Of a DNA stretch of 19,072 nucleotides, positions 8,164-15,590 are shown in pieces (position 1 is the first letter of the stretch; the number at the start of each line of letters is the position of its first letter). A model generated the notes under the pieces. It was not told the DNA's origin. It did not search any database and saw only the letters and a program-made list of their open reading frames with translations. A program made the translations under genes and the position numbers. The DNA is from Armatimonadota bacterium (GTDB lineage: Bacteria > Sysuimicrobiota > Sysuimicrobiia > Sysuimicrobiales > Humicultoraceae). The stretch spans positions 1 to 19,072 of the forward strand of contig JBBIJB010000046.1 in assembly GCA_037446215.1 (NCBI GenBank), given 5' to 3'.

Positions 8164-10521
8164 TTAGTACGACTGGTGCTCGGTGCGAACGATGATCTCC
8201 TCCTGCAGCGCCCGGGTCAGGTCGCAGAAGTAGTCGCTGTATCCTGCGACCCTGACGATCAGGTCGCGGTAGTGGTCGGGGTCGGCCTGCGCCTTGCGCA
8301 GCGTCTCCGCCGAGACCACGTTGAACTGCACGTGGTGGCCCCCCATCGCGAAGTAGGAGCGGATGAGGTGGGCCAGGTTCTCGATCCCCTTCTCGCCCTC
8401 GAGCAGCTGCGGGGTGAACTTCTGGTTGAGCAGCGCCCCCCCGGTCCTGACGTGATCGATCTTGCCGGCGGAGCGGAGGACCGCTGTCGGCCCCTTGCGG
8501 TCGGCTCCCTGGACCGGCGATATCCCCTCCGAGAGCGGGGTCCCCGAATGGCGCCCGTCCGGGGTCGCGCCCGTCACCGAGCCGAAGTAGACGTGGCACG
8601 TGGTGGGAAGCAGGTTGATGTGATAGTCCCCGCCCTTCGCGTTCCGCCGGCCCTCGACCGCCCGGAAGTAGATCTCGAAGACCTCCTGCATGATCGCATC
8701 GGCGTAGTCGTCGTCGTTGCCGTACTTCGGCGTCTTGTTCAAGAGGATCTGGCGGGTGCGCTGGTGGCCGGTGAAGTCGTCCCTCGTGGCTCCCAGCAGG
8801 GCCGCCATGCTCATCGTGCGGCGGTCGAAGACGTGGTGGCGGATTGCCGCCAGGCTGTCGGTGATGGTGCCCAGCCCGACGCCCTGGATGTAGCTGGTGT
8901 TGTATCGCGCGCCCCCGCTGTTGTAGTCCTTCCCGCGGGCGATGCAGTCGTCTATCAGGACCGATAGGAACGGCACCGGCATCTCCTCGGAGTAGAGCCG
9001 CTCGATGACGTCGTTGCCCTCCATCTTGACCCCGATGAAGTGCTCCAGCTGCCTCCTGAACGCGTCCATCAGCTCGGCGAACGACGCGAACGTCCCAGGG
9101 TCGCCGGTCTCGATGCCGATCCGCGCCCCTGTCCGAGGATCCACGCCGTCGTTCAGGGTGATCTCGAGGACCTTGGGGAGGTTGAAGTAGCCGGTCAGAA
9201 TGTAGCTCTCCTTGCCGAAAACCCCTACCTCCACGCACCCGCTGGCCCCCGCGCTCCTGGCATCCTCCAGCGCCTTGCCCTGCCGCACCAGCTCCAGGAC
9301 GATGGTGTCGGCGTTGAACACCGCGGGCTGCCCCCACCCCTTGCGGATGATCCTGCACGCCTCCCAAAGGAAGCGGTCCGGGCTCTTCCGGCTCAGCTGG
9401 ATGTTCGATCCCGGCTGAACCAGTCGCATCTCGTCGATGACCTCGAGGATGAGGTAGGTCAGGTCGTTGACGCCGTCGCCGCCGTCGGGCCTGAGGCCGC
9501 CGGTGTTTATGTTGACGAAGTCGGTGTAGGTCGAGCTCTCGGCCGCCGTCACCCCTACCTTGGGAGGGGCGGGCTGGTTGTTGAACTTGACCCAGAGGCA
9601 CTGCAGCAGCTCCCTTGCGGCTTCGCGGGTCAGCGAGCCCTCCGCCAGACCCTTCACGTAGAAGGGATAGAGGTGCTGGTCGAGCCGCCCGGGATTGAAG
9701 GCGTCCCAGGGGTTGAGCTCGGTGATCACGCCCAGGTGGACGAACCAGTAGGCCTGCAGCGCCTCCCAGAAGGTGTCCGGGGCATGGGCGGGCACCTTCC
9801 GGCAGACCCGCGCGATCTCCTCCAGCTCGGCCCGCCTGGTGGGATCCTCCTCGGCGGCGGCGAGCTCCGAGGCCCTGTCGGCGTAGCGGTGCGCGAGCGT
9901 CACGACGGCGTCGGCGCAGAGGGCCATCGCCTCGAGCTCCTCACGCTTCCTGGCGGCCTCGGGGTCACCGGCGAAGTCGAGGGACGCTAGGCCATGGGTG
10001 ATCTCCGCCTTGAACTCCGCCATCCCCTTGGAGTAGATCTTGCCGTCGAGGGCCGTGTGCCCGGGCGCCCGCTGCTCCATGAACTCGGTGAAGACGCCCG
10101 CCTCGTAGCACGCCTTCCAGGATCCGGCCATCGCCTCGAAGATGCGTTCCCTGATCGTCCGACCGCGCCAGAAGGGGATGACCGTTTCCCTGTAGGCTGT
10201 GCGCATCTCGCCGTCGACGCCGAAAGAGACGGTCGCGCGGTCGTTGAGCACCGACAGGTCGTCGAGGGTGTGGCAGCAGAGCTCCGGATAGGTGTAGGTG
10301 GCCTTCGGTGCCGGCCCGCGCTCGCCGACGATGAGCTCGCCGTCCCCTATCCAGATGGACTTGCCCTCCATGATCGCCTTGAAGGTAAGCGCGCGCCGCA
10401 TCGGCGCCGAGACGGAGCCCCCCCCGGCGTAGACGCCGGTCACCAGGAGCGCGCGCTCCGGCGAGAGGTGTGGCGCCGCCGAGAGGCTCTGCTCCCTAAG
10501 CCGCCGCACACGATCCGTCAT
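8164..10521 (-). CDS. hypD: Glycyl radical enzyme, trans-4-hydroxy-L-proline dehydratase
   Basis: 785 aa. Gly loop RVAGYS and Cys loop SGCVE. HypD-specific motifs YPELCCH, FTEFMEQRAPGH, WDAF, NNQPAPPKVG, ESSTYTDF, LTGY and LPTTCH match the Clostridioides difficile HypD active-site residues as I recall them. Confidence 0.93.
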   Translation of the reverse strand: MTDRVRRLREQSLSAAPHLSPERALLVTGVYAGGGSVSAPMRRALTFKAIMEGKSIWIGDGELIVGERGPAPKATYTYPELCCHTLDDLSVLNDRATVSFGVDGEMRTAYRETVIPFWRGRTIRERIFEAMAGSWKACYEAGVFTEFMEQRAPGHTALDGKIYSKGMAEFKAEITHGLASLDFAGDPEAARKREELEAMALCADAVVTLAHRYADRASELAAAEEDPTRRAELEEIARVCRKVPAHAPDTFWEALQAYWFVHLGVITELNPWDAFNPGRLDQHLYPFYVKGLAEGSLTREAARELLQCLWVKFNNQPAPPKVGVTAAESSTYTDFVNINTGGLRPDGGDGVNDLTYLILEVIDEMRLVQPGSNIQLSRKSPDRFLWEACRIIRKGWGQPAVFNADTIVLELVRQGKALEDARSAGASGCVEVGVFGKESYILTGYFNLPKVLEITLNDGVDPRTGARIGIETGDPGTFASFAELMDAFRRQLEHFIGVKMEGNDVIERLYSEEMPVPFLSVLIDDCIARGKDYNSGGARYNTSYIQGVGLGTITDSLAAIRHHVFDRRTMSMAALLGATRDDFTGHQRTRQILLNKTPKYGNDDDYADAIMQEVFEIYFRAVEGRRNAKGGDYHINLLPTTCHVYFGSVTGATPDGRHSGTPLSEGISPVQGADRKGPTAVLRSAGKIDHVRTGGALLNQKFTPQLLEGEKGIENLAHLIRSYFAMGGHHVQFNVVSAETLRKAQADPDHYRDLIVRVAGYSDYFCDLTRALQEEIIVRTEHQSY

Positions 10522-10524
10522 GGA

Positions 10525-11427
10525 CTAGCCTCCGATCGATACATCGGTGATGTGCCTGCGCAGGATCGCCGCGACCCACTCGAGCTGAGCGGGCATGGGC
10601 CTGCTCACCGGCGGCAGCCGATGGGTCTCTCCCAACCGGTGAGACTTGGCGGCGCCCGAGTCGTGATACGGGAGAACGTCGATCCGCGTTACGCCGCCCA
10701 CCGACGCGACGAGCCGGCCCGTCTGCTCGATGTTCTCCTCGTCGTCGTTCACGCCCGGTATCAGAGGAACCCGGACCACCACGCGAGCCCCCCGCCCGGC
10801 CAGCCGGCGCAGGTTGTCCAGGATGACGCGGTTGGAGACACCCGTGAACCGGCGATGGCGCTCTTCGTCGATGAGCTTCAGATCGTAGAGGAAGAGATCG
10901 GCGGCGGAGGCGACTGTCTCCAGCACGGCCGCCGCGGCGTAGCCCGACGTGTCGACCGCGGTGTGGATCCCCCTCTCCCTGCTTCCCCTCAGGAGCGCCA
11001 ACAGGAACTCGTGCTGGAGGAGCGGCTCTCCTCCGGAGAAGGTGGCGCCGCCGCCTGACTCGCCGTAGAAGACCTCGTCGCGGCGGATCTCCTCCACGAC
11101 CTCCTCCGCAGTCATCTCGCGGCCGACGAGACCCCTCGCACCGGAGCAACAGGCCTCCACGCATCGGCCGCAGCGGACACACGACGCGCGCGAGAAGACG
11201 AGGGCTCCATCTACGCGCAGGGTCGCACCCTCCTCGCACGCCTCCACGCATGCCCCGCACCCGATGCACCGGTCCTCGCGAACGGCGATCTCCTGGCGCG
11301 GGCTGATCGTCTCGGGATTGTGGCACCACTGGCACCGGAGAGGGCATCCCTTGAGGAAGACGGTCGTGCGGATGCCGGGCCCGTCGTTCACCGCGAAGCG
11401 CATGATGTTGGCCACGACGCCGGTCAT
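10525..11427 (-). CDS. Glycyl-radical enzyme activating enzyme (radical SAM with ferredoxin insert)
   Basis: DGPGIRTTVFLKGCPLRCQWCHNPE, two CxxCxxCxxxC motifs, SGGGATFSGGEP, LPYH. ATG at 11427 overlaps the regulator's TGA (ATGA coupling). Confidence 0.95.
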   Translation of the reverse strand: MTGVVANIMRFAVNDGPGIRTTVFLKGCPLRCQWCHNPETISPRQEIAVREDRCIGCGACVEACEEGATLRVDGALVFSRASCVRCGRCVEACCSGARGLVGREMTAEEVVEEIRRDEVFYGESGGGATFSGGEPLLQHEFLLALLRGSRERGIHTAVDTSGYAAAAVLETVASAADLFLYDLKLIDEERHRRFTGVSNRVILDNLRRLAGRGARVVVRVPLIPGVNDDEENIEQTGRLVASVGGVTRIDVLPYHDSGAAKSHRLGETHRLPPVSRPMPAQLEWVAAILRRHITDVSIGG

Positions 11428-12200
11428 GGGCCCCTCGCCGCCCGGGCGCCGGCGACGTTCACCTGCTCCGCCCACCTCAGATGGTCGGCCATCGCCCTGC
11501 GCGCGGCCTCCGGCGATCGGGCCTCGATCGCCGCGAAGAGCTTCCGGTGGCCCTCGAGCGACTCAGATATCCGCCCGGCCGTCGCGGTGACGCTGACCTT
11601 TCGTACGAACATGAGGAGCTCGCGCATCGAGTCGATCAGCTGAAGGAAGAGCCGGTTGTGGGTCGCCCCCAGCACCGCGTCGTGGAAGGCGACGTCGTGG
11701 GCCGCGTACGCCTCGGGATCGCCGCTGGCCCCCTCCAGCCCCTCCAGGCGCCCGCGCATCGCGCCGAGGTCGTCGTCCGTGGCGCGCTCCGCGGCCAGTC
11801 CCGCGGCCTCGGTCTCGACCACCCGGCGCAGCTCCAGGCTCTCCCTCAGGATGTCGTCGACCGCCCCGATCTCGATCCTGGCGGCCAGGATCTCGTGTGA
11901 TAGGTCGCGCCACGAGGAGCGGCCGCTCACCCGGCTCGCCCGGCCCTGACGGCTCTCGACCATCCCAAGGGTGTCCAGGATCTTCAGGGCCTCGCGGACC
12001 ACGGGCCTGCTGACCCCGAGCTCGGCAGCGAGATCCCCGGACGAGGGAAGCGGCTCACCCGGCCGGAAGCGGCCGCGGAGGATGCCGACGATCAGCGAGT
12101 GCGCGGCCCGCCGCGAGAGCGTCTCGCGGGCCACCGGGGCGAGGCCTGCCTGCCGGTGACGGGGAGAAGCCGCTTGGGTCCGCTTGGTGTCTCGCCTCAT
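11424..12200 (-). CDS. FadR/GntR-family transcriptional regulator (wHTH + FCD)
   Basis: PGEPLPS..DLAAELGVSRPVVREALKIL, ELRRVVETEAAGLAA, DVAFHDAV, ATHN, AMADHL. Confidence 0.93.
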   Translation of the reverse strand: MRRDTKRTQAASPRHRQAGLAPVARETLSRRAAHSLIVGILRGRFRPGEPLPSSGDLAAELGVSRPVVREALKILDTLGMVESRQGRASRVSGRSSWRDLSHEILAARIEIGAVDDILRESLELRRVVETEAAGLAAERATDDDLGAMRGRLEGLEGASGDPEAYAAHDVAFHDAVLGATHNRLFLQLIDSMRELLMFVRKVSVTATAGRISESLEGHRKLFAAIEARSPEAARRAMADHLRWAEQVNVAGARAARGP

Positions 12201-12241
12201 CCCATCGGGGCCACCTGCCGGCGTGGCAAAGGCGGGAACGC

Positions 12242-12264
12242 ACTTGTCATGTTACCTGACAAGT
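12242..12264. promoter_or_regulatory. Palindromic operator, probably for the adjacent FadR-family regulator
   Basis: ACTTGTCA-TGTTACC-TGACAAGT overlaps the predicted start site of the 12267-12295 promoter. Confidence 0.7.
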
Positions 12265-12266
12265 AG

Positions 12267-12295
12267 ATAGTAGAGGACGAAGAGACCCGGGTCAA
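12267..12295 (-). promoter_or_regulatory. Sigma70-type promoter of the regulator-activase-hypD operon
   Basis: Minus strand TTGACC, 17 nt, TACTAT. Confidence 0.7.
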
Positions 12296-12309
12296 GGGCC
12301 TGGGGGTGA

Positions 12310-12338
12310 TTGCACTATCGGCCGGTCCGTGAGACAAT
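12310..12338 (+). promoter_or_regulatory. Probable promoter of the cold-shock gene
   Basis: TTGCAC, 17 nt, GACAAT, with TG at the extended -10 position. Confidence 0.5.
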
Positions 12339-12399
12339 CAGCGGGCGTCGCAGAAGAAAGTAGGGTCTGTGGTAGCCTGCAAGATAAGGTGGCAACAAC

Positions 12400-12606
12400 A
12401 TGGCAACAGGAACGGTCAAGTGGTTCAACGCCGAGAAGGGGTACGGCTTCATCACTCCTGACGACGGGTCGAAGGACCTGTTCGTGCATTTCAGCGGCAT
12501 CGAGGGCGAGGGCTACAGGTCTCTCTCGGAGGGTCAGAAGGTCGAGTACACCCAGACGCAGGGCCAGAAGGGCCCGCAGGCTACGGGGGTTCGGGTAGTC
12601 GTCTAG
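12400..12606 (+). CDS. cspA: Cold-shock protein
   Basis: [25 protein letters not shown] (RNP1/RNP2), GQKGPQA. Paralogue letter is uncertain. Confidence 0.97.
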   Translation: MATGTVKWFNAEKGYGFITPDDGSKDLFVHFSGIEGEGYRSLSEGQKVEYTQTQGQKGPQATGVRVVV

Positions 12607-12659
12607 CGCGTTCGCCCAGATTGCCTCCCAGGGAGGCCTCTTCGCGAAGCATATACGGG

Positions 12660-12698
12660 AAAGAAAAAGGCGGGCCCGGGCGATCTGCCCGGGCCTGT
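12660..12698 (-). terminator. Intrinsic terminator of the dehydrogenase gene
   Basis: Stem GGCCCGGGC/GCCCGGGCC (12673-12695) followed on the minus strand by CGCCTTTTTCTTT. Confidence 0.7.
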
Positions 12699-13787
12699 TC
12701 ACGTCCCGCGGGACTGGCTCGGCTCGTGGTCGTACAGCCGCCCGTTCCTGGTCTTGAGGAACTCCGTGAGCGGGATCTCCTCCTGCCTGATCAGGCCCTC
12801 TCCCGGCAGCGTCCCGTTGCTCACCATCTCCACCACCGCGCAGGCGGAGGCGGCGGTCGTCCACGAGATGGCCCGCCAGCGGTCGCCGGCGATCTCGAGC
12901 GGGTAGTAGGCCCTCACGAACTCCTCGCGCGAGAGGCGCCCCCCCCTCCACCCCTCCACCGCGGCGTGGATGTAGACGACGTCCTCGTTGACCTGCGGCT
13001 TCGCGTGCACGAGTATCTCGCCCGCCCGCTTCCTGTCCTCGCGCATCAGCAGCTCGTGGAAGAAGAAGTTCATCACCTTGGCGTGGCCCGGGTAGCGGAT
13101 CGTCTTGTAGTCCAGGTTCAGGACGCGCCCCTTGAAGGTGTCGCACATGGTGCCGAGCCCACCCGACGTCGTGAACGCCTCGAGTTGCACCCCTCCGATC
13201 ACGATCGTCTCCAGCCACTCGAGCGCGGAGACCCACTTGTGCACGCCGTCCTCTATGACCTCGCAGTCGTTGAGGTACTCGTTCACCACGCCCTCGGGCG
13301 ACCAGTTGAACGCGTACCCCAACAGGCCTGTCGGGTGCTGGGGTAGCGCCCCGACCCGCAGCCGGATGCTCCGGATCTGGTCGAACGGCTGGGCCAGGGC
13401 GGCGCCGACTATCGCTATGAACCCCGGCGCGAGCCCGCACTGCGGCGCCATCACCGCCCGCGCGCTGCCGCTCATCTGGACGATCGCCTGGGTCGTCCCC
13501 ACGTCCTCGGTCAGATCGAAGTAGTGTATGCCTAGCTCGTGCGCGGTGGAGGCGATGCCGACGTTGAACCTGTAGGAAAGGCAGGAGACGACCGCGTCGA
13601 ACCCGCCGATCCGGGCCAGCTCGCCCGGGCGGCCCGCATCCAGGTTCAAGACGGGGAAGGGAAGCCCGGCCTGATCACCCACATCCGCGCCTGTCACCGC
13701 GAATCCTGTCTCGTGGAGCAGGGTGGCAACCAGGGAGCCGACCTTTCCAAGACCGAGGACCAGAACGGATGTGATGCCTCCTGCCAC
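12699..13787 (-). CDS. Saccharopine dehydrogenase / L-lysine 6-dehydrogenase-like oxidoreductase
   Basis: Rossmann VLGLGKVG, YFDLTED, PQCGLAPG, RVGALPQ, WSPEG..NEY, EAFTTSGG, YKTIRYPGH. GTG at 13787 with SD GGGAGG. Confidence 0.88.
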   Translation of the reverse strand: MAGGITSVLVLGLGKVGSLVATLLHETGFAVTGADVGDQAGLPFPVLNLDAGRPGELARIGGFDAVVSCLSYRFNVGIASTAHELGIHYFDLTEDVGTTQAIVQMSGSARAVMAPQCGLAPGFIAIVGAALAQPFDQIRSIRLRVGALPQHPTGLLGYAFNWSPEGVVNEYLNDCEVIEDGVHKWVSALEWLETIVIGGVQLEAFTTSGGLGTMCDTFKGRVLNLDYKTIRYPGHAKVMNFFFHELLMREDRKRAGEILVHAKPQVNEDVVYIHAAVEGWRGGRLSREEFVRAYYPLEIAGDRWRAISWTTAASACAVVEMVSNGTLPGEGLIRQEEIPLTEFLKTRNGRLYDHEPSQSRGT

Positions 13788-13906
13788 GGGGACCTCCCAG
13801 GAACCGAGTCGTCTGTCTTGGCGGCGTCGCGCCTCGCCAATCATACACCGGACCGGTGGGCTTGGGCCACCTGTGCCCAGGCAGAGCCGGTGCGTGTGCC
13901 CAGCGG

Positions 13907-14121
13907 CTAGGGCATAGCGGCGGTGACCACGCCTCCCAGACCGCGTTCATATCATCGAAGTAGCGGATGTCTGACAGATAGACCGTGGCGGTCAGCAGCC
14001 TCGACTTGTCCGTCCCGGCCGCGGCCAGGAGATCGTCGATCTTGCCGAGCACCTGCTCGGTCTGCTCACGCACGCCTGCTGAGGAGTCGGCAGCAGTCTG
14101 GCCGGCCACGTAGACGACGCC
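13907..14121 (-). pseudogene. RidA/YoaB-family gene remnant (5'-truncated, internal deletion)
   Basis: GVVYVAGQ...EQTEQVLGKID.LL..AGTDKSRLL.ATVYLSDI..FD.MN.VW..W, then a frame change to VVTAAMP*. The PAR...VEI segment and the N-terminus are missing. Confidence 0.8.
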
Positions 14122-14828
14122 TACCCGGCTTCGCCGGTCACACCGTCGTGACCTGCGCGGCGACCGCCTGCCCCGCGCGCGACGGCCTCGCGGCCTATGG
14201 CGCGGCCGGTAGTGGTGCGGTAGGAACGATCGACCAGGGCCTGGGCCTCGTCGGGGATCGACGCAAGACGCTCGGCGTCCCGCACGATCCGGGACTCGGT
14301 TGTGTCGACGTCGAGAACCGAACCGGCGGCCGAACCGTTGCCGCCTATGATCCGTAGGACCTGGCCTGAGCGCTCGGCGTCCACGCCCAGGCGCTCTAGG
14401 ATAGCGCCGGCCCTAGACGGCGCCTGCTCCTCGACGCCGCGCAGAACCGCGGCCGCCCGCACGACCAGCGGGTCGCCGCCCTCGCCGCTGAAGATCTGCT
14501 CGGCGCAGTCGAGCACCGCGAGCGAGTGGCGGACCCGGCCCTGGTCGCCGCCGAGGGCCGACTTCATCTCGCGGATCAGCGCATCCACGAGCGCCTCCCC
14601 CGCGTCACCGGTCGGCTGCCCGAGGCACTTCGCCGCGAACTGGCACCACTGCGCGCAGCCGAGGTCGAACCGCGGGTTGGCCACGAGCTGGCCGCACGAG
14701 CGGCAGCGGCGGCGCAGGTCGTCCTTCCAGAACTCCAGGGTCTCGCCGCAGTGGGAGCACGGCATCTCGAAGACGTCCGTCGGCTTCCAAAACCGCTTGT
14801 CCTGGCCCGGGCACTGGCTCGCAGCCAC
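14121..14828 (-). CDS. Cys-rich (CPGQD, zinc-ribbon-like) N-terminus fused to a degenerate HD domain
   Basis: GTG with SD AGGAGG. CPGQD, CSHC, EFWKDD, CRSC, GCAQWC...C, then RVRHSLAV and AAAVLRGV where LHD is expected. Confidence 0.8.
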   Translation of the reverse strand: MAASQCPGQDKRFWKPTDVFEMPCSHCGETLEFWKDDLRRRCRSCGQLVANPRFDLGCAQWCQFAAKCLGQPTGDAGEALVDALIREMKSALGGDQGRVRHSLAVLDCAEQIFSGEGGDPLVVRAAAVLRGVEEQAPSRAGAILERLGVDAERSGQVLRIIGGNGSAAGSVLDVDTTESRIVRDAERLASIPDEAQALVDRSYRTTTGRAIGREAVARGAGGRRAGHDGVTGEAG

Positions 14829-14923
14829 CGCGCACCTCCTGCGGCGAGATCGGGGCAGCCGCTTCGGCCATGCGGCAGCGCCCCATCCTCTTCTATGGTA
14901 GGGCCGGCCGACCCGGCGAAGCT

Positions 14924-14937
14924 TTGACAGAAGTCAA
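14924..14937. promoter_or_regulatory. CRP/FNR-family-like box TTGAC-N4-GTCAA
   Basis: Perfect palindrome arms centred about 42 bp upstream of the start implied by a minus-strand -10 TACCAT (14900-14895). Confidence 0.55.
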
Positions 14938-14955
14938 TAGGGACGGCCCGCCCTC

Positions 14956-15210
14956 TCACCGCCGCGGGATATCCCGCAGGTCCGCCCTCGCCCGCAGCTC
15001 ACGGGTCGAGACGATATTCCTGCCGCCGCGCAGGTTCAGGGCGTCCTGCCACACGTGCTCGCAGAAGAGGCACCTGAACCGCCCCCACCACCGGCCGTCG
15101 TCATCGCGCCACAGGCGCAGGACCTCGTGCTCACACCTCCGCATGCACCGCCCACCCGGGCACAATGCGTCCCGCATCTTCAGCCCGGCCGTTCTCGACC
15201 GGAGTGGCAT
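14956..15210 (-). CDS. Small Cys/His-rich hypothetical protein (84 aa)
   Basis: ATG at 15210 with SD GGGAGGTG 7 nt upstream. LCPGGRCMRRCEH...RFRCLFCEHVW. Confidence 0.6.
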   Translation of the reverse strand: MPLRSRTAGLKMRDALCPGGRCMRRCEHEVLRLWRDDDGRWWGRFRCLFCEHVWQDALNLRGGRNIVSTRELRARADLRDIPRR

Positions 15211-15474
15211 GGCTCCCCACCTCCCTGTAAGTCCCGGGAGTACGGCCCCCACCGGCGCAACCCCGCAGGGAAGAGGTGATCCGAGAAAGCACAGCGCCCG
15301 CGCACCCATCAGGAACGCGGACGCTCGTCGCGGACACTTCGTTGCCGGCGTCTTACCCGCGCAATGGGGAGACCGCCGCTGAAGGATACCTCCTCGCCCC
15401 GGCGAAGCAGCCCGGCGACCGGCGCGCTTCGCGATCGCGGTCCTCGGCAGGGAAGAGCCCTGCTCTGGCCCAGC

Positions 15475-15576
15475 AAGGGGTTCAACGTCAAGGTGTCCGG
15501 GGCCGGCGACTACGTCGTGGAGGCCGACGTCTACATGCCCCGCCTGCCGGCCGAGGAGTTCATGGATCTGATGTAG
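15475..15576 (+). pseudogene. Probable 3' remnant of an unidentified gene
   Basis: KGFNVKVSGAGDYVVEADVYMPRLPAEEFMDLM* has almost exclusively G/C third positions, while the in-frame upstream part looks non-coding. Confidence 0.4.
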
Positions 15577-15590
15577 GAGAGGGGTCGGCC

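Noticed and set aside
8164..10521. PFL, choline TMA-lyase or a novel GRE class
   Set aside because: Single Cys in SGCVE and the full set of HypD-specific motifs. No microcompartment genes.
7621..11058. Long antisense and alternative-frame ORFs (e.g. 7621-8967, 8117-9601, 9040-9990, 9994-11058)
   Set aside because: Shadow ORFs expected in GC-rich coding DNA, with no motifs.
13675..13906. C-terminal extension of the RidA ORF in the ORF track
   Set aside because: Read-through created by the internal deletion. It overlaps the dehydrogenase gene in another frame.
15276..15590. N-terminal 105 aa of the 409-aa TPR ORF
   Set aside because: The signal peptide and SD point to GTG 15591, and the upstream part is low-complexity.
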